Counted from the stretch's first letter, positions 1 through 14,700 are shown. The stretch: 64,000 nucleotides of DNA from Lama glama (GCA_028534125.1 CM052816.1:21330001-21394000), one strand, 5' to 3'. Notes: generated from the letters alone by a model not told the origin. Numbers and translations: made by a program.

Positions 1-368
1 TAACAGAATGACAACAGTTGAAAGGAACAAACTATTACTTTTTCCTGTCTGCTTTTCATCTCATGCATCCCTATAGACATGATACTAGCATTTTTCATTC
101 ATTCAATCTATCTTTGAGTGAGTATGCACCTTTAATTAAGCAACTATACAAAAATTACTCAAAGGAATCCAACAATATCACTACATCTTTAATGGGATCA
201 TTCTGCTTAACTGATAAAGAGTATCAAATAAAAAGTTAAATGTTGATAGTGGATGAGGTTGTGCAGGCGTAGAGGCATGGCAGAACTTTGCTTTCTGCTC
301 AGTTTTGCTGAGAAACTAAACTGCTCTAAAAATAAAGTCTGTTAAAAAATTAATAAGCTCTCCTTCAG

Positions 369-600
369 ACTGGGATTTCAAAATTTGTAGATACTGACAG
401 TTATATGCAGAATAGATAAACAAGATTACACTGTATAGCACAGGGAAATATATACAAGATCTTGTGGTAGCTCACAGTGAAAAAAAATGTGACAATGAAT
501 ATATGTATGTTCATCTATAACTGAAAAATTGTGCTTTACACTGGAATTTGACATAACACTGTAAAATGACTATAACTCAATAAAAAAAGATAAAAAAAAA
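369..600 (+). mobile_element. Young L1 3'-end fragment with 14-bp TSD
   Basis: L1 3'UTR sequence with an A tail; aagctctccttcag at 355-368 and 601-614. Confidence 0.85.
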
Positions 601-614
601 AAGCTCTCCTTCAG

Positions 615-2110
615 TTATCAAAATAGTATGGTACTGGCACAAAAAACATACACATAAATCAATGGAACTGGACAGAAAATCCAGAAATAAACCCACATAC
701 CTAAGGTCAATTAATCTTTGACAAAGGAGGCAAGAATATACAATGGAGAAAAAGTCTCTTCAGCAAGTGTTGTTGGGAAAGCTGGACAGCCACAGGTAAA
801 TCAATGAAGTGAGAACAATCCCTCACACCATATACAAAATAAACTCAAAATGGCTTAAAGACTTAAATATAAGAAATGACACTATATAACTTCTAGAAAA
901 GGACATAGGCAAAACATTCTCTGACATAAATCATACCAATGTTTTCTTAGGCCAGTCTCTGAAGGCAATAGAAATAAAAGCAAAAATAAACAAATGGGGC
1001 CTAATCAAACAAGCTTTTACAGAGCAAATGAAAACTTATAAAAAAAAAGAAAAGACAACCTACAGACTCAGAGAAAATATTTACATATGATGCAACTGAC
1101 AAGGGCTTATTTTCCAAAATATACAAATAGCTAGTACAACTTAGTAACAAAAAAACCAACAACCCCATCAAAAAACGGGCAGAAGACTAAATCGACATTT
1201 GTCAAAAAAAGACGTACAGATGGCTAATAGGCACGTGAAAAGATGCTCAATATCACTAATCATAAGAGAAGTGTAAATCAAAATTACAATGAGGTTATCA
1301 CCTCATACCAGTCAGAATAGCCCTAATTAAAAACTCTACAAATAAATGCTAGAGAGGGTGTGGAGAAAAATGAACCCTCCTACACTGTTGGTGGGAATGC
1401 AAAATCCCTAAGGAGAACAGTATAGAGGTGCCTTAAAAAACTAAAAATAGACTTACCATGTGTTCCAGCAATCCCACTCCCTGGACATATATCCAGGGAA
1501 AACTATAATCTGAAAAGACATGGAAACAACCTAGATGTCCATCGACAGATCAGTGGCTCAACGTGTGGTTGGTGTGTGTGTGTGTGTGTGTGTGTGCGTG
1601 CAACGTGTGGTTGGTGTGTGTGTGTGTGTGTAATATTACTCAGCCATAAAAAAGAATGAAATAATGCCAGCTGCAGCAACATGGATGGACCTAGAGATTA
1701 GCATACTAAGTGAAGTAAGTCACATAGAGAAAAACAAGTAGCACATAATATCACTTATATGTGGAATCTAAAAATAGATACAAATTTTATTTGCAAACCA
1801 GAAATAGATTCACAGACATAGAAAACAAACTTGGGTTACCAGAGGGGAAAAGGAGGGAGGGATAAATTAGGAGTTTGGGATTAAAAGATCCACATTACTA
1901 TACATAAAATAGATAAATAACAAGGACCCACTGTATATAGCACAGGGAACTATATTCAATTTCTTGTAATAAGCTATAATGGAAAAGAATTTGAAAATAT
2001 ATGTATATATGTACATGTATATATTATATATTATATATACATACCTATATACTGAATAATATATATACATGTGTATACTGAATATATGAATACATATATA
2101 TATACTGAAT
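615..2110 (+). mobile_element. 5'-truncated L1 (ORF2 C-terminus and 3'UTR)
   Basis: Similar to the other in-window L1 copies (8960-10450, 43230-44740). Internal (TG)n at ~1573-1630 and a TA-rich tail. Confidence 0.9.
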
Positions 2111-2203
2111 TAAAAAATTGGTAAGCTCTCATAAAATAGTAAGGATAAATACAGTCTTATAGACCTAAAAGATAAAAAATGAACAGATATTCAAATTTAC
2201 TTA

Positions 2204-2365
<162 letters not shown>

Positions 2366-4175
2366 TTAAGAGAAAAATTCTATCTTAATAAGTATCAGAA
2401 TATTAATTCTGAAAGAAAAGATATAAGCAATCATATCTATCAAAAATGAGGAAAAGAGAAAAACTTATCCAAAATCAAAATGAATGACAGTTTTTACAAG
2501 ATATTCAAAATATAGGAGGAAAGGAATATTGCTTCATTTACTAGAACTTTGTTATATTATCTACCTTCATTATTCAGCATCATTAGGAGATCAGGTATAT
2601 AGATTTTTTCAAATAAATAAATTTTATCTTTTTAAATACCAAAAGTGTTTTTCAAAATATTTTTAAAATAATCACAAGTTTAAAGAATAACAGAAATATA
2701 GTGTGTGTGTGTATGTGTGTGTATATCTCATGACTTTTTCACCCAAACTACTTGAGAGTTAAGTTGCTGACATTGATGTTCCAACACCAGCATTTCCTAC
2801 AAAACAAGGACATTTTCAACCATAAAAACCTGGAAAATGAGAGTGAGATATATTACTACCATGTGGTCCTGAGATCCCATTCAATTTTGCCAATTATTCC
2901 AATATGTTCTTTATGGCAAAAGGATCCAGTTTAAAATTACTCATTGTCGTTATGTCTCTTTAGTTTTTTTTTTTTTTTCATTCTGGAATTGTTTCTCAGA
3001 TTTTCCCTGACTTTCATGACTGGTAACTCAAAAAAATACAGAACATTATTTTAGAGTATCTCCCAAAATTTCGGTCTATCTAACAGTTCTTCATGACTAA
3101 AATCAGATTATGCATCTTTGGCAGGAATATTAACAGAAGTGATGATGTGTTCCTTATACTACATCTTATTAGATGATTCAGTTTACCTCGTTACTGAGGA
3201 TGTTACTTTCAATTTCTTGGTAAAGGTGTTACCTGTCAGGCTTCTCCACCTTAAAGTTATTTTCTCTACTTTGCTATTAATAAATACTTGGGAACGAGAG
3301 AGACATTGAGACCATGTAAATGTCTCACACCTCACCAAGCTTTTCCTCGACTAGTTTTAGCATCTCTATTAAAGTTTCTCACATGAAAGAATTATTACTA
3401 TGATAGCTATCAACTCTTTTCAGGTACTGGACAACAGATGGCGCAGGACTGTGATCTTTGAGAAAAGAGAAATAATATGAGGTGATTGCACTAGTTCTAG
3501 CTACCTAGGGACATTCTGAAAACTTCAACTCGTGGAATTAGAACCCAACAGAGAATAGCAATCACTTGGCAGATGAAACAAAGAAAGAAGTTTGGTTATG
3601 CTGAGGTGGTTGTAAATTGTAAACTGATTCAGGGTACAGGGGTGGGGTTGCTGTGCAGAGATGGGGCACCAGAAATCTGCATAAGGAACTCTTGAGTCTT
3701 TGGACAAATTCCAAGCTACATGAGTTCCAGGAAGCGATTCAGTGAGGAATAGCGGAGAACAACTACTGGGGTAAAGGAGTGGGATTGTGAGCTGAATGGA
3801 GGATCTAGAGGTTACACAGTACTTGGAGACATGAGTCCTGATATGCCAGAGTAGAAAGAGCTTATGGAAATTCCCAGTATTCTGCTGGTCTCAGAAAGAC
3901 CATCCAAACAAATCATGCAACAAGCTTTGACAGAATTAAGCTAAATGTCCAATAAATTAACTGCCTTCTAGAACAAAACCCAACACATTTTAAAGGAAGT
4001 CAACATAATCCAAACTCTCACTGTAGTGTCTTCAACGTCTAGGATATAATAAAAAATTAGTGGCTATACGAAGAAGCAATTGTAGTCCATAACTGGGAGG
4101 GAAAAAAATAAATAGAAACACATCCAGAATGACAAATTTTGGAATTAGCAGACAAGGATATTAAAAGCTATGACA

Positions 4176-4443
4176 ATAGACTCATAGACATAGAATACAA
4201 ACTTATGGTTGCCAAGGGGGCGGAGGGTGGGAAGGGACAGGTGGGATTTCAAAATTGTAGAACAGATAAACAAGATTATACTGTATAGCACAGGGAAATA
4301 TACACAAGATCTTATGGTAGCTCACAGAGAAAATGTGACAATGAATATATAGTTTATGTATAACTGAAAAATTGTGCTCTATCCTGGAATTTGACACAAC
4401 ACTGTAAAAATGATTATAAATCAATTAAAAATGTTATAAAAAA
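4176..4443 (+). mobile_element. Young L1 3'-end fragment with 13-bp TSD
   Basis: aaaagctatgaca at 4163-4175 and 4444-4456; A tail; same family as 369-600. Confidence 0.85.
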
Positions 4444-4599
4444 AAAAGCTATGACACGTAAGTTCAAGAATTTAAAGGAAAAGATGGCCATAATGTGTGA
4501 AATGATCTCAACAGACAAATAAAATTATAAAAAAGACCCAAGAAGCTGAATACATTAAAGCTGCATAAACACAATTATGCTAAATATTATACTCCATAT

Positions 4600-7500
4600 G
4601 CTGAAAATTATTAAAAACAGAAAACTCAATGGTTGAGATAAGAGCTGAGCTAAAGGCAGTAAAAAGCATACTAGATAATACAGAGGGACGAGTAAGTGAA
4701 TTAGAAGACAGGATAACAGAAATCACCCAATCAGAACAACAGACAGAAAAGCAAGTGAAAACTAATAAAAGCAATATAAGGGACCTATGGGATAATATAA
4801 AGTGTGCCAATCTACGATTGGGGTCCCAGAAGGAGAAGAAAGAGAAAAGGGGATTGAAAAGGTATTTGAAGAAATGATGACTGAAAAGAAGGAATCAGAT
4901 ATCCAAGTACAGGAAGCACAGAGGGTCCCCAGCAAGAAGAACCCAAATAGACTTCACCAAGACATATTATAATTAAGATGTTCGGTTAAAGATAAAGAAG
5001 TGATTTTTTAAAATTTAACTTCACTTAAAATTTTACTTCAAATTAAAATTTAAAACTCTAAAAGAGGTACAGTAATACATGGGAAAAGCATATATATGTT
5101 AAATATTTTACCCAAATATAAATCTTTACAGTAACTGTAAGTTTTGAAACAAAACAGAGAAGGTACAATAAAGGGTGATCTTAAAAGATTTAACTTTTGA
5201 AATGAGATTTCTGGGATATAAGAGTGGCTGAAGCAATAAGGATGTTCTTACTGTATATTCAATGATGGAGGAAATGGCTAGATTCAATAGAAGCAGCTTT
5301 GGGGATAGTCATTAAGCTGACAGAGAACACCTATCTGTGTCTTGATGACTGAGAGTAGTTGTACACAGAGACTTTTAAAAAGAGAGAGGAGAATCACTTG
5401 ATAAATAGACATAAAGCAGTTTCACTTGTTTTCTAATATCTGAATGAAAAATACATATATATAATGTTATCTACCTCAGTGGTTCACTGTACAGAAGCCA
5501 AAAATGTGACAGAGACTTAAAAGATAAAACCTGAGTGCCTATTTCTCTTAGATAGGCCAGTATTATCATCATACCAAAACCAGATAAGGAAACTACAGAA
5601 AAGCCAATGAAAGACCAATATCCCTGTGAATACAGATGCAAAACATTTCCCCAAATTAACTAGCAACTGAATTCAGTAGCACATAAATATAAAGAAGTGA
5701 TTTTAAAGGCAGCAAGAGAAAAACAAAGATAATTACAAGGGAATCCCCATAAGGCTTTCAGCTCATTTCTCAACACAAACATTGCAGGTCAGAAGAGAGT
5801 GACAAGATATATCCAAAGTCCTGAATGAGAAAAAGCTACAACCTAGAACACTATCCAGACTATCCTTTAGAATAGAAGGAGGGATAAAGAATTTCACAGA
5901 CAAGCAAAAACTGAAAGAATTCAGCAATACTAAATCTATGACAAAACAAATATTGAAAGGTCTACTCTAAATAGAAAAGAAGCAGGATGCCATAGAAATG
6001 AGAAAATCATAATTGGAAATGCAATAACTACAATGAGTTACAAAAGAATAAACAGGAAGATGTAAAAAAAAATCAAAATCATAAAAGTGGAAGAGGGGAG
6101 CAAGAAATATAGATTTCTCTCTCTCTCTCTCTCTCTTTTTTCTTTGTTCTTTCTAGGATGTGTTTGAGCCTACATGACTACCAGTCTAAAGCAAACAGAT
6201 ACAGTAATGGGTTAACACACTTGAAAAACAGGGTAACCACAAATCAAAAGCACACAACAGTCACAAAAACCAAAAAGAAACCAGGCTAATACAAAAGAAA
6301 ATTATCAAACCACAAAAAGAAAAACAAAAAGGAAAAGAAAGGAACAAAGAAGAAATACCAAATCAACTGGAAAACAAAGTACAAAATGGCAATAAACACA
6401 CATCTATCAATAACTACCATAAATGTCAATGGACTAAATGTTCCAATCAAAAGACATATAAAACAAGAACCTACAATATGCTGCATAAAAGAGATCCACT
6501 TTAGGGGGAAGGAGACACGTAGACTGAAAGTGAGAGGACCGAAAAAAATATTTCAGGCAAATGGAAACAAGAAAGCAAGAGTAGCAATACTGATTTCAGA
6601 CAAAATAGAGTTTAAAACAAAGGCCATAAAGAAGGACACTATATAATGAACAAAGGAGCAATACACGATGAGGATATTACACTTGTTAACATTTATGCAC
6701 CCAACATAGGAACACCTAAATACATAAAGCAAATACTAACAGACATAAAGGGAGAATTTAATGGGAACACAATCATAGTAGGAAACTTTAACACCCCATT
6801 AACATCAATAAGGTAACAGAGATACTAAACGACACAATAGAAGAGTTGGACTTGGTTGATATTTTTATGACATTGCACCCCCCCAAAACTGAATATATAT
6901 TATTTTCAAGTGCTCATGGAACATTCTCTAGGATAGATGATATACTTAGACACAAAAGAGGCCTCCATAAATTTAAGAGGATAGAAATTATTTCAAGCAT
7001 CTTTTCTGACCACAGTGTCATGAAACTAGAAATCAACCACAGAAAAACAAATGAGAAAAAAACTGAAAGCATGAGATTAAACAACATGCTACTGAAAAAG
7101 CAATGGGTCAGTAATGAAACCAAAGAAGAAATTAAAAAATACTTTGAGACAAATGACAATGAAAACACAATCACACAAAATCTATGGGATGCAGCAAAAG
7201 CAGTCCTAAGAGGGAAGTTCACAGCGATACAGACCTTCCTCAAAAAATAAGAAGAATCTCAAGTAAACAACCTAACCTACCACCTAAAAGAATTAGAAAA
7301 AGAAGAGCAAACAAAACCTAAAGTCAGCAGAAGGAAGGAAATAATAAAGATCAGGGAGAAAATAAATAAAACAGAGATTAAAAAATAGGAAAAAATCAAT
7401 CAAACAAAGAGCTGGTTATTTTTGAAAGAATAAACAAAATGGACAAACCTCAGGCCAGGCTCTCCAGGAAGAAAAGAGAGAGGACACAAATAAACAAAGT

Positions 7501-10450
7501 AAGAAATGAAAATGGAGAAATTATAACCAATACCACAGATACACAGTATCATAAGAGAATACTATGAACAACCATCTGGCAATAAATTGGACAACTTAGA
7601 AAAAATGGATACGTTTCTAGAAACATACAGCACACTAAAACTGAATCAAGAAGAAATAGATCATTTGAACAGACCAATCACTAAGAGGAAAATAGAATCA
7701 GCAATAAAAAACATCCCTGCAAATGAAAGTCCAGGACCAGATGGCTTCACTGGGGAAATCTACCAACACACAGAGAAGAGCTCATACCGATCCTTCTCAT
7801 GCTCTTCCAAAAGACTGAAGAGGAGAGAATACTCCCAGACTCATTCCACGAAGCCACCATAATCTTGATACCAATACCAGACAAAGACACTACCAAAAAA
7901 GAAAACTACAGGCCAATATCATTGATGAATATAGATGCAAAAATTCTCAACAAAATATTAGCAAACAGGATCCAACAACACATAAAAAAGATGATACACC
8001 ATGATCAAATTGGATTCATCCCAGGGACACTAGGGTGGTTCAACATATGCAGTCAATCAATGTGATACACCACATCAACAAAAGAAAGCACAAAAATCAC
8101 ATGATCATCTCAACAGATGCAGAAAAAGCATTTCATAAAATGCAACTCCCATTTATGACAAAAACTCTCAAAGTGGATACAGAGGGAACATATCTGAACA
8201 TAATAAAAAAGCTATTTATGACAAGCCCACAGCCAGCATAATATTCAACTGTGAAAAACTGAAAGCCTTCCCATTAAAATCTGGAACAAGACAAGGATGC
8301 CCACTCTCACCACTTCTATTCAACATAATCTTGGAAGTCCTAGCCACAGCAATCAGGCAAGAAAAAGAAATAAAAGGGATTCAAATTGGAAGAGAAGAGG
8401 TAAAATTGTCACTGTAACATACTATATATAGAAAACCCTAAAGGCTCCACACAAAAACTCCTAGAGCCGATAAAAGAATTTGGCAAGGTAGCAGGATACA
8501 AGATTAACATACAGAAATCAGTTGCATTTCTTTACACTAAGAACAAAACAGGAGGAAAAGAAACAAACAATCCCTTTTAAAATCTCATCCAAAATCGCAT
8601 CCAAAACAATAAAATACTTAGGAATAAATATGACCAAGGGGGTGAAAGACTTATACATGGAGAACCATAAAATATTCATTAAGGAAATTAAAGATGACTT
8701 AAAGAAATGGAAAGATATCCTATGCTCTTGGATTGGAAGAATCAATACTGTTAAAATGGCCACAATGCCCAAAGCAATCTACAGATTTAATGAGATCCCT
8801 ATCAAATTACCCAGGATATTTTTCACAGAACTAAACAAATAACACTAAAATTTACATGAAATCACAAAAGATCCAGAACTGCCAAAGTAATATTGAAGAA
8901 AAAGAATGAAGCTGGAGGAATAACCTGCCTAGAATTCAGACAATACTACAGAGCTACAGTAATCAAAACAGCATGGCACTGGCATAAAAACAGACATATG
9001 GATCAATGGAACAGAACAGAGAGCCCAGAAATAAACCCAGACACCTATAGTCAATTAATCTTTGACAAAGGAGGCAAAAATGGAGAAAAGACAGTCTCTT
9101 TAGCAAGTGGTGTTGGGAAAACTGGACCGCAGCATGTAAATCAGTGAAGTTAGAACACTCCCTCACACCATATATAAAAATAAACCCAAAATGGCTTGAA
9201 AACTTAAATATAAGGCAAGACACTATAAACCTCCTAGAAGAAAACATAGGCAAAACATTTTCCGACATAAATCTTAGCAATGTTCTCCCTAGGACAGTCT
9301 ATCCAGGCAATAGAAATAAAAGCAAAAATTAACAAATGGGACCTAATTAAACTTTTAGGCTTTTGCACAGCAAAGGAGACCATAAGCAAAATAAAATGAC
9401 AACCTACAGAATGGGGGAAAATATTTACAAATGATACAACTGACAAAAGTTTAATTTCCAGAATATATAAACAGCTCATACAACTTAACAACAAAAAAAC
9501 AAACAACCCAATCCAAAAATGGGCACAAGATCTAAACAAACAATTCTCCAATGAAGACATACAAATGGCCAATAGTCACATGAAAAAATGCTCAATATTG
9601 CTAATTCTCACAGAAATGCAAATCAGAACTACAATGAGGTATCATCTCACATTAGTCAGAATGGCCAACATCAAAAAGCCCATGAGCAATACATGCTGGA
9701 GAGGGTGTGGAGAAAAGGGAACCCTCCTACAGTGTTCGTAGGAATGTAGTTTGGTGCAGCCATATGCAAAACAACATGGAGATTCCTCAAAAAATTAAAA
9801 ATAGACCTACCATATGATCCAGTAATCCCAATCCTGGGTATATATCTGGAGGGAACCTTTATTCAAAAAGATATATGCACCCCAATGTTCATAGCAGCAC
9901 TATTTACAATAGTCAAGACATGGAAACAACCTAAATGTCTAAATGTCCATCAACAGATAACTGGATAAAGAAGTTGTGGAATATTTCTACAATGGAATAA
10001 TACTCAGCCATAAAAAAGAATAAAATAATGCCATTTGCAGCAGCATGGATGGACCTCAAGATCATCATTGTAAGTAAAGTAAGCCAGAAACAAAAAGAAA
10101 AATATCATATGATATTACTCATGTGGAATCTGAAAAAAGAAAAAAGGACACTAATGAGCTCATCTACAAAACAGACTAACAGACATAGTAAACAATCTAT
10201 GGTTACCCAGGGAGAGTGGGAGGGATTAAATTTGGGAATTTGAGATTTGCAAATGTTAGCCACTATATACAAAAAAAGATTTTAAGAAATTATTTCTGTA
10301 TAGTACAGGCAGCCATTTTCAATATCTTGTAATAACCATTTATAAAAAAGAATATGAAAATAAATATATGTATGTATATGCATGACTGGAACATCTGTGG
10401 TATACATTAGAAATTGACATGTTGTAACTGACTAACTTCAATTAAAAAAT
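4600..10450 (+). mobile_element. Long 5'-truncated, inactive L1 (partial ORF1, ORF2 EN/RT, 3'UTR) in RAD50 intron 2, antisense to RAD50
   Basis: ORF1 coiled-coil fragment (4629-4877). ORF2 fragments include ITTINVNGLN, SDHS, SPGPDGF and [14 protein letters not shown]. Many frameshifts and stops, and the RT catalytic YADD segment is deleted near 8415 relative to the copy at ~42680. Confidence 0.95.
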
Positions 10451-12129
10451 AAGTATCTTTTGCTGGCCTTTTAATGACTTTTGGGCAAAATTTTAACTTA
10501 CAATAATTCATCAGTTTAATAAATATTTATTTAGCATTTTAGAGTTTTCACATGTTGTTTGGCTCAGAAATGACACTTTTTTCCTTCGAAGCATGGAAGA
10601 CAGGCAGGTTAAAAGAGTAGAGAAATGTATGTTAAACATCATCATAAGAGAAGTATAGGGTGTTTAGGGAGCACAAAATAGAAGCATCTAACCTGTCAAG
10701 GAAAGTTCTGGGAAGGTTTTCTAAAGGAAATGAATGTTTAAACTGAGACCTGGCAGAGTTAAGCAGAACTTAGCAGCTGAAATGATCTGAGTCACTCAAT
10801 GGCTAAAGTAATTTCAGAAACTTTGGTGCAGAAACTAGGGGAAGGAGAATTAAAATAGAAAATGGTTCCAGTAATTAAAATCTTTCTGAAACTTGTTAAG
10901 GGTTTTTCACTTAAAGTAATGGAAAGCTACTGAAGGGTTTAATCCAGGGGAAAGGCATGCAGTAGATATGCATTTTAGAAGAATCATTTTTACTTTAGAG
11001 TAAACAGACTAGACTGAGACAACACAGGAAGCTGAGAGTAATCCAGGAGAAACTTAGGATACAGACATCTCAGTGAGGAGGTAGCCACAGGATGATATTC
11101 AGCTTTGCGAGCTTAGGCACCTGATTCATCATTTCATCCCAAGGAAAACTGCTGCTTAGATCTTAGTCCACAGTAGTTAAACAAAGGAGCTATGCATTTA
11201 TGTGCCAGAAAATAAGTTAATTTGTTTACAATGTGCCGGACTAGTAGGCCATATACAAATATTTGTTCTGGTGGCATCTATCTTTCTGTCAAGTATCAAA
11301 TTAGTAAATGGAATTCAAAGAAAGGGTATTCTGTACCATTTCAAACACAGTACTATTGTTGATGCTCTTATTGAGGAAGAGTTAATTCAAAAGGAGTAAT
11401 TTAGATTGAATTAACTTATTAAGGCAGAGAAATGTATATCACACTTTAAAACAATTTCTATCCAAAAGAAAAAAATTAAAAAAATAAAATAAGCCCTTCT
11501 CTTTCCAAACAATCTAGCTATAAAACCATTACATGGGGCAGAAGGAGGTACATATTCATGCTGGCTGGAGGTGGAGAGACATGGTAGCTCAGCCTAGAGC
11601 AGGATAACTGAGTTTGAGTAGGCTGAGAAGGGTATCCACATGGGGAGACAGCTTGAAACGGAGTTTCAAGAGTCCCAGTGTGTCAGTTCAAGGAATATGA
11701 AAAGGGCTTCTGTGATAAGGAATGACCAAACTCAGGAGGATAATTTTCACACTGGGGAAAGGCATAATGTGCGGATTCATAGCCTGACAACACTGAGAAG
11801 GGAATCTGCATAGTGGGGAAGTCTACTGGGGAAATTCAGATCCCACGTTAGAGAGGGCATGCCTACAACAGGCCACTAGAACAGAGTTATCAGGGACAGA
11901 GAAAGGTGAGTAAGGTGTCCATGGGGTGGGAAACGGGAAAGTGGTCTAGCATGGGAAGTCAGAGCCCAAACAGAATGGGAAAACATTCATATGAGAGGGC
12001 GAACATGACGGGTTATAGCCCAAGCAGCATGAAGACGACTTGCACATGGCAGTGGAATCAGTCCAGTATGGAGTGCTGAAGTTCAAGTGCAGTGCTAGGA
12101 GATTCATTACATTCAGGGGAATTGATCAA

Positions 12130-14700
12130 ATAAGTAAATCTATTAAGAATGCAGTCAATTCCCTGTTTCTCACTCCCTTCATTGTATTTATCAGGCAAAC
12201 CCCTAACCTTGATTAAATCCAACTTTTCACCTTGCTCAGTGCTTGCCATTGAGCAACTGAACAAAACTGAAGAAACACAACCATAATGACTGGTCCCCCT
12301 ACAAATTTTCACCCACAAACCTCAAGTCACCCCCGACACTGTTACGTACCCCTGTAACACTTCCCTAATCAATTTATTCTCTGAGATGAAAAGTACTTTT
12401 TCTAGTCTCAATCAACCCCTTCTTCCACCCTCAGTCAATGATTTCACTTCTTTTTTCCACTGAGAATATAGAAACAATCAAAAGAGAACTGATTCATTTT
12501 TCTCACTACTAAATTTACCACATATACTCTGTCTGCCATCCTCTTAAATGGATAAGCAGTGCACATTCCCATTAACTCCTTCAGTTGAGCAATGGATCCT
12601 TTCTCTTCTTGCCTACTCAAGGATTTTGCTCTGTAATTTATCCCCTTTTTTTTTGCATCAATTTCCCCCCTCTATCCAGGGTCATTCCTGTCTGTCTTTA
12701 AATGTTCTAGTATCTTCCACTTTTAAAAACACAACATATGGGAGCAATATAGGATAAAGAAGCAACTGAGGAAATAAGCATCCAAGTAATTTACAGTATC
12801 AGCCAGAAGCAAAACAAAACTGATGAGATGCAGACAAAAGGGAAATGAGCTTCCTAGGGTTCAGGTCAACTGAGGAGATGCAAGTTAAGTCAGAGGAGGA
12901 ATGGGAAGGACTGATGTAGTCAAAAGTTTGAAAGTAGAGAAGAAAGGGGGGAAGTCAGGCAAATGGAGCAACACGGAAATCAAAGTTTCTAAGAAGACAG
13001 AAACAACTGAAGATAGGTAAGAAAGATTGTTTAGGAGAACTAAAAAAACTCAGGTGTTCGTTTAAGACAAGGTAAACAGTATTAGGTGCAGGGACAAATT
13101 AAAATGGGAAAAAGAAAGACCAGAGTAGCTGAAGATAAAAGAGGGTGAAAGGAACTGAAATGATGAGACAACACAGCATTTGGAGAAAACTGAGGAGATA
13201 AGGGCAATTTAGGTGACAGGAATGGCTCCACCCACAGTAGCGGATGTGAATGATTCAGGAGAGGTGATGAACACCAATGTGGATGGGAGCTCAGAACTGG
13301 GAAACGAGAGCAGCTGAAAAGCGGGTAACAAGTGAAGAGAGTTAAACTCATCATCTCCCAGAACCATGGGAGAACATGTGCACATAGCTGGAAAAAACAG
13401 TCTAGAAAGATGAAAGCATTTGGAAAAGGGGGTGGATGAGAGGTGAGACTGGCAGAGATATTACAGCATCAACCAACATGGAAACACCAGAAAATAAATA
13501 AATAAAATGAATAAAACACAATAAAACAATAAAATAGCCAACAAAGCTCTCCTGGATTCTGCAAATCTTTTTACCTACTGTCTTAATCTCTCTTTCCACT
13601 TACAGCAAAATTCATGAAACAATTCTGTGTCTCACTTCCTTACCTCCTGTCTTCTAAGATTACTAAAACTGGTTCTGTCTGTCATGATCACCAATGGCCT
13701 TCACATAGCCAAATCTGCCTCTTTCTTGAGCTATCCACATATTTGACACAGTCGATGACTCTATCCTTCTTGCAGCACTTTATTCTTTTGTCTTCCAAGA
13801 AACCACACTGTTTTCCTTACTTTTACTGGTTGTTCTTTTAGCATCTTCTGCTGGCTCCACCTCCTCACTCCTATTTCTAAATGCTAATGTGCTCTAGGCT
13901 CAGGTCTTGGATCTCTTCTCTATATTCACTTCCTATGTGATCCCATCAGGCTTTAAGGCTAACCATATACACACACATACATATGACTATATGCATCAAT
14001 GATTCTTAATTTTCTTTCTCTAACTCAAACCTCTCCCCTGGACATACATCTATTTACCTACGAGATATCTCCTTTGGATATCTAACAAACATCCCAAATT
14101 TACATGTTTAAACTAGAGACACCCAAATATCCTTTTCCAGAGTCTCCTCATTACGATAAATGGCAACACTATTTTACCTAGTTGCTCAAGTCAAAAAACT
14201 TGTAAGAGTTATGCTTGATGCTTCTACATCTCTTATACACTACCACCCAAATCATTAGCTGATCTGTTTGTTTTACTTTCAATATAATCCCAAATCCCCA
14301 AAAAATAAAAATAAAAAATAAAATAAAATATATCCCAAATCCAAGCATTTCTCACTAATTCTACCATTACCACTTTAATTACACCACCAATATTTCTTAC
14401 CTGAATTATCACAAATCCTCTTTATTAGTCTTCGTCCTTCTACCCTTGCCACCTACAGATAGTCTCCTCTCAGCAGCTAGACTAATCAATTTAAAACACA
14501 GATTATGTTCTTTTCCTACTTGAAATCTTCCAGTAGATTCCAATTTAAATAAGAACCCAAGGTCCTACATAAGCTAGTCCCCCAACTACTCTAATTTAAT
14601 TTTCTACCAGTCTCTTCCCCATCCTTCCTCTGCTCCTCCTTATGATTCCTTGAACACACCAAGCATGATCCTACCTCAGGGACTTTGCACTGAGAATGTT
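12130..14700 (+). mobile_element. Degraded L2 (LINE2) segments, interrupted by an ~800-bp insertion
   Basis: Pyrimidine-rich L2-type sequence at 12430-12730 resumes at ~13540 and continues to ~14700. Boundaries are approximate. Confidence 0.6.

Noticed and set aside
6386..10243. Possible active L1 or domesticated reverse transcriptase
   Set aside because: 5'-truncated, many stops and frameshifts, and the catalytic YADD region is deleted.
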